IMG/VR virus record: IMGVR_UViG_3300048502_000089
Location: 24,279-88,278 of that record
Length of the DNA stretch: 64,000 nucleotides
Strand: one strand, 5' to 3'
DNA from: a virus
Lineage: Duplodnaviria > Caudoviricetes
Below the pieces are notes generated by a model. That model saw only the letters and a list, made by a program, of their open reading frames with translations, searched no databases and was not told where the DNA came from. Position numbers and translations under genes: made by a program. Each line of letters begins with the position of its first letter. Within the stretch, counting starts at the first letter, position 1. Positions 57,702 through 64,000 of the stretch are shown here, one piece after another.

Positions 57702-57788
57702 CGGAGTGCCTCCTTGAATTCGTATGTGTCTCGCTCATAGTTGAAGCCTGCCACACGTTCTCACCGCATGGCAGGCACTCCTCTCTGC

Positions 57789-58688
57789 TCAGCCGGTGAT
57801 GTTCCCGGTATTGTTGTCAGGTGTGTTCGAGTCGATCCATGATCCGTCTCCAAACGTGTGGTAGACGAAATCATAGTTGGTCACTCCTGAATACGTCGAC
57901 CCTGGGAAGAAAGCTGCTTGGAAGGCAGCATTGCCCTGATCATTACTTGATGTGGATCCCGTTGTATGAGGCGAGCATCCGCTACACGTCGCAAACGGAT
58001 TGAAGTCAGCCGAATCACCAGGAGAAGGTGCTGACACTGACCACGTCTCACTCCCATAGAAGACTCCATCTACTCCACCAGTTTGAGTCGTTCCTGGGCA
58101 GCTCGCCGGATTAGGCTGGGATGTCCCAGCGTCAGTGACGAATGTCCCCTTCACGATCTCTGCGATCGTGTAACTCCCATTGGCCTGTGGATCGATGGTG
58201 AATGTGCGGTCGTAAGTATCGACTGCCCAATCTGTACAGTTACCTGAATCGGGGCCATTGCTATCAGTGTAGGTGTAAACGTACGGGCTGTTGATTCCAC
58301 TCGGGCCTTGTGGCCCTTGATTGCCTTGCGGTCCTTGATTGCCTTGTACTCCCTGCACGCCGGCTGGTCCCTGTGAACCCGGTTGCCCCTGTGGGCCTGC
58401 TGGGCCAGTGGATCCTACTTGGCCTGCGAGACCGGCTGCACCGGGAATGCCAGGCGTTCCTTGCGTTCCGTTGATGCCCTGTGGACCGGCTGGCCCTTGC
58501 TCACCCTTGAGTGTGATGAGTTTCCAAGCGTGCTGCTCGATGTTCTGCACCACACTCGGCTTGATCTGGCTAGTCGATGTGATGATGTACTTGTTGGCTG
58601 CGTACGCGCCGGCACTGAGCGCGAGAAACAATGCAGCACACGCGATCACGATGGACGCGGATGGGCGTCGCCTCATCCTTTTGAGCAT
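57789..58688 (-). CDS. Exported or membrane-anchored collagen-like protein
   Basis: Signal-like [25 protein letters not shown], ~23 Gly-X-Y triplets, beta-rich C-terminus. AAGGAG precedes ATG 58688. Confidence 0.8.
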   Translation of the reverse strand: MLKRMRRRPSASIVIACAALFLALSAGAYAANKYIITSTSQIKPSVVQNIEQHAWKLITLKGEQGPAGPQGINGTQGTPGIPGAAGLAGQVGSTGPAGPQGQPGSQGPAGVQGVQGNQGPQGNQGPQGPSGINSPYVYTYTDSNGPDSGNCTDWAVDTYDRTFTIDPQANGSYTIAEIVKGTFVTDAGTSQPNPASCPGTTQTGGVDGVFYGSETWSVSAPSPGDSADFNPFATCSGCSPHTTGSTSSNDQGNAAFQAAFFPGSTYSGVTNYDFVYHTFGDGSWIDSNTPDNNTGNITG

Positions 58689-58745
58689 GATTGGTGCTCC
58701 TTTCTGTCGCTTTCCAAAACCTAGCATCATAAGTTTAGCAGCCTG

Positions 58746-59081
58746 TCAAGGTTCTGTGTTTTCTTCCGAGCAGAACCCACATAGCCGTGGGCGAGCTGGT
58801 TTTACTAAGTCTACGCCGCATCTCTTGCAAATCAGAATCCTCCTTTCAGCACGACGCTTAGCAGCTAATTTCTCTTTATTTGCCGATGCCCATCTGGCAT
58901 ATTCACGTCTCGCGCAAGCCTCACAATAACGCTGAAGATGAGGGAGTAACGGTGCGGGGCGCCACTTCGATACACCAAAGTAAAGTAAAGGTAGCCACCG
59001 CCTGCCCGCGTGATCTTTATGGCTACAGAATTTTCTCCCACACACAATAGCAGGAGTAGTTTGATCCCTCCAATGTGTCAT
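58746..59081 (-). CDS. Cys-rich (multi-CxxC) protein
   Basis: CGRKFC, YCEAC, CKRCG, LCGFC. Confidence 0.6.
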   Translation of the reverse strand: MTHWRDQTTPAIVCGRKFCSHKDHAGRRWLPLLYFGVSKWRPAPLLPHLQRYCEACARREYARWASANKEKLAAKRRAERRILICKRCGVDLVKPARPRLCGFCSEENTEP

Positions 59082-59181
59082 CTACAATAGCCCTCTCTCT
59101 CTTCTTCAGTTTGCCCCCTCTGAGCGAGCTTGCAGCGGGAGGAGAGGGTTGACCGCACGCCCGCCCAGAGGGGTAACGAGC

Positions 59182-59210
59182 ACCCTACCAAACTATGATC
59201 TACGGTACAA
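59182..59210 (-). promoter_or_regulatory. Promoter with a structured 5' leader
   Basis: TTGTAC-N17-TAGGGT, followed by a long stem-loop at 59115-59173. Confidence 0.55.
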
Positions 59211-59345
59211 GAGGAAGGCTCCGCGACACTCTTGACAGATGCCGCGAAGCCTTTATTCCTCTACGAGGTACAATTGCCGCGGATGTGAGTTGAAAGCGAA
59301 AACCTCACTTTGATGACCTCTCACGGCTTAGCCGCGAAAAGTGTA

Positions 59346-59600
59346 TCAAAGAATACGACTACTCGCTCTCGGCTTTACTGGGAGCGCCGGCCGACGTGGA
59401 GCTCGAGCTGCAGCTTGGAGTGCTCGAGTAGCTGTGGAGATCGCTCGAGCCTGCCGGCTAGACCGCGCAGAAGAAAAAGGATATACCTGTGATGCAAACT
59501 CCCAAGGATATACCTGTGATGCAAACTCCCATGCGCCAGGGTCAATCACCTTCGCCGCGGCCTCGATCGCCTCCTTGTCCATTCTCATACGCTCAGCCAT
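59346..59600 (-). CDS. Hypothetical protein with a duplicated WEFASQVYP
   Basis: 84-aa ORF carrying an exact 27-bp tandem duplication. Confidence 0.45.
   Translation of the reverse strand: MAERMRMDKEAIEAAAKVIDPGAWEFASQVYPWEFASQVYPFSSARSSRQARAISTATRALQAAARAPRRPALPVKPRASSRIL
59478..59531. repeat. 27-bp exact tandem duplication
   Basis: AGGATATACCTGTGATGCAAACTCCCA x2. Confidence 0.95.
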
Positions 59601-59824
59601 TACTTCCTGCCCAACCCACGACGATTACGTTCGTCATCGATAATCGTATATACGAACTCGACAACTTCGTCAGTTGAATCAGCAATAGCGTCAGCAAAAG
59701 TTTTCCGTGCTGCACCTTGAGCAAGCATGATGCGTACCTCTGATGATAGCCCGCCAAACATATCGGATTCACGAGCGACTTGTTGAGACTGATTAGCCAT
59801 GCCGCTCTTTGGTCGCCCACTCAC
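59600..59824 (-). CDS. Hypothetical protein
   Basis: 74-aa coupled ORF. Confidence 0.55.
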   Translation of the reverse strand: MSGRPKSGMANQSQQVARESDMFGGLSSEVRIMLAQGAARKTFADAIADSTDEVVEFVYTIIDDERNRRGLGRK

Positions 59825-60177
59825 AGCACTATCTCTTCGAGCTGATACTCCGCGCCCCGCATAATTCGTGAATCCGGCCCATCGAATGAGTCAGGGAGCT
59901 GACTCTCTGAAAGCTTCTTGTAGATAGCTGCGTTTGGTGAACCCACAATCTCATGCGGAAGGTTGTCGCAATTATCTGCATCCCAAAACGCTGCGGAATA
60001 CTCATTGCCAACGCCGGGGAGCGCACCTAGACGATCTGGCAAAGGCCATCCAAAAGTCTCACGAGGGATAACCACATTCCCGACGACTCTGCCGGCGAGC
60101 GTATCGACATTCGTCTGCTCAGCCATCGGGCCATCCCTGAAACGCATCAGATACCCATTGGGATCAGCCGACATCAA
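59821..60177 (-). CDS. Hypothetical protein
   Basis: 118-aa coupled ORF. Confidence 0.55.
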   Translation of the reverse strand: MMSADPNGYLMRFRDGPMAEQTNVDTLAGRVVGNVVIPRETFGWPLPDRLGALPGVGNEYSAAFWDADNCDNLPHEIVGSPNAAIYKKLSESQLPDSFDGPDSRIMRGAEYQLEEIVL

Positions 60178-60623
60178 AGGATCTCAACCTCGAGGCCACC
60201 ATCTTCCTCGATCAATGTCTCTGGCTCAAGCCCATCTTCATCGGCTACTACATCATCGTCGAGATCGAGTTCGTCTCCATCGAGCACCGGCAGTGAACTA
60301 TCGTCAGGCTCAGGCTCAACTTCACTTGATTCCTCCTGCGCTGCATTCTGCTGAGTCGCCCATAGCTCATCAAGCGCGTCGACGAATTCTTCGATGGGCA
60401 CGTAAATATCACACAGAAGCGCGACCTCGCTACACACAACGATGAAGCTGAGTTCGGATCCTTCACCCTCGAGTGTAGAAATGATGTTAGCGCGAGTCAT
60501 ATCAAGTGGAGATGACACAGCCCCGTAAGTCTGTTCGATCAACTCACTAACCTCCACAAGTTCATTCCGTGTTCCCGTCGCCTCGATGTCATCACTGTCT
60601 AGTTGTTTGAAAACCATCATCAA
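60174..60623 (-). CDS. Very acidic hypothetical protein
   Basis: 149 aa, Asp/Glu-rich throughout. Confidence 0.6.
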   Translation of the reverse strand: MMMVFKQLDSDDIEATGTRNELVEVSELIEQTYGAVSSPLDMTRANIISTLEGEGSELSFIVVCSEVALLCDIYVPIEEFVDALDELWATQQNAAQEESSEVEPEPDDSSLPVLDGDELDLDDDVVADEDGLEPETLIEEDGGLEVEIL

Positions 60624-61174
60624 ACCTTCTTTGCACTAATCGTAATTTGATCCCTGCCGCGATCATATCTTGCTGTAACTTTGGCTGGAGCGCCGATGAA
60701 CATCGTGACTGGTTCACCAGCACTAGCCACATGAACCTCATCTTCAAACCCAAGATGCTCCATCACCTCACTGGCCCAAGCTGAAGACGCTGACATAGGG
60801 GCGCTTGAGTATGCCAGGGCGCTTGAGTATGCCCAATCAGTCCCTCTTGCGATGGCACTCGGGACAAGATGAGCTCGGCGGATCGTCAGATGTTTGGGCT
60901 GCCCGCTCCCTCGCCCAAGTGCCCTGACACGAAGACACTGAGGAGAATTACTTACCGAGTTTGGTGGGGCCACAACCCAATCGCCTACCTTAGCGTTCTC
61001 GCATTCGTAAACGTAAATGCGACCACCATGAGTGAACTGGACTTGAATATACTTCAATTCCTCGACAGCTCGATTCTCCTTGGCCCGAGCTAGAAGTTCA
61101 GAAGCCGCCGCCTCATGCCAATTAGGTGGCGCCGCCGCCCGGATCTCACTCTCTGTAAACGTCAGTTCAGACAT
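60620..61174 (-). CDS. Hypothetical protein
   Basis: 184 aa with a strong SD (GAGGAG). Contains an 18-bp-period duplication at 60799-60833. Confidence 0.6.
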   Translation of the reverse strand: MSELTFTESEIRAAAPPNWHEAAASELLARAKENRAVEELKYIQVQFTHGGRIYVYECENAKVGDWVVAPPNSVSNSPQCLRVRALGRGSGQPKHLTIRRAHLVPSAIARGTDWAYSSALAYSSAPMSASSAWASEVMEHLGFEDEVHVASAGEPVTMFIGAPAKVTARYDRGRDQITISAKKV

Positions 61175-61292
61175 CTCGCTTTCTCCTCTCTTTCGGAAGA
61201 TTAGTGCGCGCCGCCGCCCGGTACATGGATGAACCTACACAGGACCGCGATCTCTCGATCACAGAAGCACCGGATTGACAGCGCGCCATGCG

Positions 61293-61321
61293 AAGCTAGC
61301 ATCTCGCATCCTAAGTTTCAA
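61293..61321 (-). promoter_or_regulatory. Early-type promoter
   Basis: TTGAAA-N17-TAGCTT; the spacer contains TAGGATGCGAG. Confidence 0.6.
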
Positions 61322-61438
61322 GCCCTCAAGAAAAACTTGCGCGGTGCTGGCTGCCACCAGCGACCTCCCAAACCACACAAGCGGGTGATCAATCCCGCTA
61401 GGTCTGAGCGCTCTTGTGCATCTGAGCTAACCGCGCAA

Positions 61439-61512
61439 TCGGGATGGCTGGATTTGAACCAGCGGCCTCCTGCTCCCAAAGCAGGCGCGCTACCAAGCTG
61501 CGCTACACCCCG
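61439..61512 (-). tRNA. trnP: tRNA-Pro (UGG), CCA not encoded
   Basis: CGGGGTG/CATCCCG acceptor stem, D arm GCGC-AGCTTGGTA-GCGC, anticodon loop TTTGGGA, T loop TTCAAAT. Confidence 0.95.
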
Positions 61513-61685
61513 TCTACTCTGTTCTTCTCACGCCAAGCTGTTACCCAATCTGGCACATGCTTGGGACAATATGCCCTCCCATCCTTCTGGAAGAACCAAC
61601 CATCAGATCCAGCTCGAACCATTCCCCAGCGATGAGCCGGCACAGTAGCATCACAGCCCTCGCATTTCTTGTTGGCGCGCGGCAT
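61503..61685 (-). CDS. Small Cys-containing protein
   Basis: CEGC...YCPKH; the stop overlaps the 5' end of the tRNA. Confidence 0.5.
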   Translation of the reverse strand: MPRANKKCEGCDATVPAHRWGMVRAGSDGWFFQKDGRAYCPKHVPDWVTAWREKNRVDGV

Positions 61686-61987
61686 TACTCTGTCAACTCG
61701 GCCAAGAACGCATCGAAACCGTCTGGCGGTGGATGGAGCTCGCCGTTCTTCAAACCCTCGAGCGTCTTCTCGCGCCCATTGCGCTCGATCTCGGCCATGA
61801 TGAAGTCTTCACGGATCTTACACTCCACGCACACGTCAACCTCATTGCCATCTTCGTCGGTCGACCAATTGCAATCCATGCGGTAGCACAGGCAGCAATA
61901 CGGCCTCGAGAATGCTGACGCACCGCCTCCGTTACCCATCAGAACCACCAAGCCAGCCATTGCCGAAATTACACGACTGCGCACCAT
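61685..61987 (-). CDS. Hypothetical zinc-binding protein (start uncertain)
   Basis: CCLC...CVEC. Confidence 0.5.
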   Translation of the reverse strand: MVRSRVISAMAGLVVLMGNGGGASAFSRPYCCLCYRMDCNWSTDEDGNEVDVCVECKIREDFIMAEIERNGREKTLEGLKNGELHPPPDGFDAFLAELTE

Positions 61988-62174
61988 TCATCTCGTGCGA
62001 ACAACCACAGGCTACCTGATGCGGAGAGAAGACATCATTAGGGTCAATGCGTCGACCCTCAGAATCCACAGCGTTGAAGCCATAAAGAGATCGATCCACT
62101 TTTCTCTGCACAACGATCTCAATCTGCCGCTGAACTCCGGTCTTTGGCCCTCGGCCGTCTCGAGTGCGGCTCAA
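61932..62174 (-). CDS. Hypothetical protein
   Basis: C-terminal part of track ORF 61932..62435; TTG start assumed. Confidence 0.35.
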   Translation of the reverse strand: MSRTRDGRGPKTGVQRQIEIVVQRKVDRSLYGFNAVDSEGRRIDPNDVFSPHQVACGCSHEMNGAQSCNFGNGWLGGSDG

Positions 62175-62262
62175 TTTGGACACAGGTCGGCTGGAATGCA
62201 AGATGGGTGAGGTGGCAGATACACCACCAGCCCGAGGTAAATCAGAACGGTCATCCGCCGAG

Positions 62263-62460
62263 TCACGACGCCTCCCACGCTTCGATGATCCCGATTGGCT
62301 CTGAGTAAAGGGCCGGGCCGGCGCCGATTGACCGATCACGAAGGAACGCCAGCTCATCAGCAACCGACATGCCATCGCGGAGACGATCAGCAACGGGGCT
62401 GTAGCCGCGGCCCTCGAGCTCATCTGCCAAATCATCGATGCTCTTGCGTTGTGTCGTCAT
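62263..62460 (-). CDS. Hypothetical protein
   Basis: ATG 62460 coupled to the upstream stop. Confidence 0.5.
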   Translation of the reverse strand: MTTQRKSIDDLADELEGRGYSPVADRLRDGMSVADELAFLRDRSIGAGPALYSEPIGIIEAWEAS

Positions 62461-62699
62461 ATCGCCACCGGCCGGAAGTTGCTCAGCAGGTAGTCGCAGT
62501 GGACCGCCATCGAGTTCCGCCAGTCCGGTTCGCCAACGGGATCGATGCACACATCGCCATCGCAATCGACCGTCCGAACCTCATAGACGCCAGCCGTGTG
62601 ATGCCGCCAGCGTGTGCCCACTTCAAGTGAGTTGCTTTTGCGTGTGTTCTGCTGTGTTGGCTGTTCCATCACTCCACCCCCCAAATCAATCATGGTCAT
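62457..62699 (-). CDS. Hypothetical protein
   Basis: LEVGTRWRHHTAGVYEV, an SH3-like beta pattern. Confidence 0.5.
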   Translation of the reverse strand: MTMIDLGGGVMEQPTQQNTRKSNSLEVGTRWRHHTAGVYEVRTVDCDGDVCIDPVGEPDWRNSMAVHCDYLLSNFRPVAI

Positions 62700-63177
62700 C
62701 AGCCCAGCCCATCACGTTGAGCAGCTTGCGGTCAGCACCACACTCCGTTCCGTCATCGAGCAGCACGACCCACCATCCCTCGAACGGCGGGAACTCGCTC
62801 ACGACCTCGCCAGTGCGTCCGGCGTTTGGATGATCGCCATGGATCAGCACCCGCAACCCGACCAAGTCCGCTCTTCCTTGGGCTGGTTGTTCCATTACGA
62901 CACCCCCAAAAACCGCTTGAAGAACGCGCTTCGCCCAGATCTCGTTGACGAGTAGCGGGTACTGCCGGTTGGTCTCGGCCAGCAGACGCTCAATCGCCTC
63001 ATCGCCGAGCAGCTCGTCCACGGCGATCATGGCCACCTTCGGGACTGGCTGGCCGCACTCGAAGCATGTTGAGCGACAACCATGCAGACCGTGTTGCGGG
63101 CACCAAGCAACCCCCACGACACCGTAATCGGGTCGAACTCGACTGCCGCTTTGCCCCATGTCCGTCACATCACTCAT
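62686..63177 (-). CDS. Hypothetical protein, possibly two fused genes
   Basis: First ORF after the control region. An internal GGGGGTG...ATG GAA CAA CCA mirrors the start region of the next gene. Confidence 0.55.
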   Translation of the reverse strand: MSDVTDMGQSGSRVRPDYGVVGVAWCPQHGLHGCRSTCFECGQPVPKVAMIAVDELLGDEAIERLLAETNRQYPLLVNEIWAKRVLQAVFGGVVMEQPAQGRADLVGLRVLIHGDHPNAGRTGEVVSEFPPFEGWWVVLLDDGTECGADRKLLNVMGWADDHD

Positions 63178-63212
63178 CTTGAGACTCTCCTCTCAGCTCT
63201 CGAGCAGTTTAG

Positions 63213-63323
63213 CGTTGGCGCCGGGAGGAATCGAACCCCAGTGAGTCCACGGAAGCGCGCCGTATCGAACCCACCATCCGCGCCGATGACCCTATCCGCC
63301 TCAACGGGCTACTCGACGCCAAC
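63213..63323 (-). ncRNA. Non-canonical tRNA-like RNA
   Basis: Terminal stem GTTGGCGTCG/CGGCGCCAAC, D-like arm, long central arm, T loop GGGG-TTCGATT-CCTC, promoter directly upstream. Confidence 0.6.
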
Positions 63324-63330
63324 GAACTCG

Positions 63331-63360
63331 AGCCTAGCAAAAGCTCGCATCCTAAGTCAA
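63331..63360 (-). promoter_or_regulatory. Promoter for the tRNA-like RNA and early genes
   Basis: TTGACT-N18-TAGGCT, 7 nt before the RNA 5' end. Confidence 0.7.
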
Positions 63361-63489
63361 GCATTCCCTCGAGCAGCTTTGACGCTCTGGGCCACCCCGC
63401 TCGAACACGCGCGGAGTACGGCCGGCCGAATACCTCGAGGATACGGCGCGACCGCAGGTTTCAGCGTTCTCGCATCCCAGAGCTACTCG

Positions 63490-63518
63490 AGCCTACCAAA
63501 TCCCAAATCCACGCGCAA
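63490..63518 (-). promoter_or_regulatory. Early-type promoter
   Basis: TTGCGC-N17-TAGGCT, followed by CGAG as in the neighbouring promoter. Confidence 0.55.
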
Positions 63519-63706
63519 GGGAGCCGGCGAACCACACATCATCGTTTTTTCTTTCTGAGCCATCTCCCTCGAGAGACCCCCAAGAGTGCTGACGATGCTG
63601 ACGAACTTCTCGAGCAAAATCCCAAAATCTCAAATCACGCCCAGAGAAATCTCTCCCGTAGGTTCCACCAGCCCCTACCCCTACCCCCTCCATCCATAGG
63701 TAGGTG

Positions 63707-63772
63707 TTAGCAGTCATTCCATTAGTGCTAATTCATAAGTGCTAATCGTTAGCAGCCATGAATCGTTGCTAA
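63707..63772. promoter_or_regulatory. Cluster of TTAGCA/TGCTAA dyad sites
   Basis: TTAGCA-N13-TGCTAA (63707), TTAGTG-N12-TGCTAA (63722), TTAGCA-N12-TGCTAA (63749). Confidence 0.65.
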
Positions 63773-64000
63773 CAGCTAGTCCTCGAGGCGGCAATTCGCT
63801 TGGGCGACGACATGTGCAGCCGAGCTGTATGTGGCGATTGTATGTGCTCGCTCTTGATGTACGAGCTCTGACGGCATGTGCTCGCTACCATCCGGCCCTT
63901 CCTGGGCCGCGGCGCCGGCAAAGGGGCAGACCCCTAGGGGTGCTTGCGGATTAGTTATCCGCAGTCGGTCCAACGAGTACTCTGCGTTGATACCACTGCT

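Noticed and set aside
58726-58749. TTGACA...TATGAT promoter
   Set aside because: The spacer is only 12 bp. An alternative TAGGTT at 19 bp is possible but unsupported.
63660-63700. G-quadruplex on the minus strand
   Set aside because: Only three long G runs plus GG doublets; weak, with no further support.
63707-63731. Canonical CIRCE element
   Set aside because: The arms resemble CIRCE, but the spacer is 7 nt rather than 9; reported instead as a distinct dyad motif.
1-64000. Prophage or integration module, and alternative genetic code
   Set aside because: No integrase, att-like repeat, repressor pair or host genes were seen, and long ORFs are intact under the standard code.

Overview
This window is about 64 kb of a tailed dsDNA phage genome (siphovirus-like: long tape measure, Dit/Tal, no sheath, no integrase or att site seen). 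Almost every gene is on the minus strand, so it reads right to left. The order is: a non-coding control region with strong promoters and a tRNA-like RNA; small early genes and tRNA-Pro; a LuxR-type regulator; head (Mu gpI-like protease/scaffold, decoration protein, gpE-type major capsid); neck and tail (tail tube, G/G-T chaperones, 2461-aa tape measure, Dit, LamG, Tal fusion); membrane proteins; SF2 helicase and RNase H; a glycosyltransferase/acyltransferase cluster; holin-like protein and DUF1906 endolysin; replication and recombination (MerR-type HTH, DnaB, DnaG, SSB, HNH-AP2, ThyX, DnaE with an HNH intein, RecA, Cas4-like nuclease, UvsY-like fusion, RuvC, C5 methyltransferase); and terminase small and large subunits (TerL runs off the left edge; no portal in the window). 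Promoter style, endolysin type and the collagen-like protein suggest an Actinomycetota host, possibly Thermoleophilia (inference). The most unusual signals are a genome-wide excess of CTCGAG/GCTCGAGC, a repeated 24-bp dyad TTAGCA-N12-TGCTAA at module boundaries, a non-canonical tRNA-like RNA with its own promoter, one ~100-aa module inserted in both the capsid decoration and tail tube proteins, and a ~12x Arg/Pro-rich repeat fused to Tal. All annotations come from manual reading and motif recall; no searches were run.
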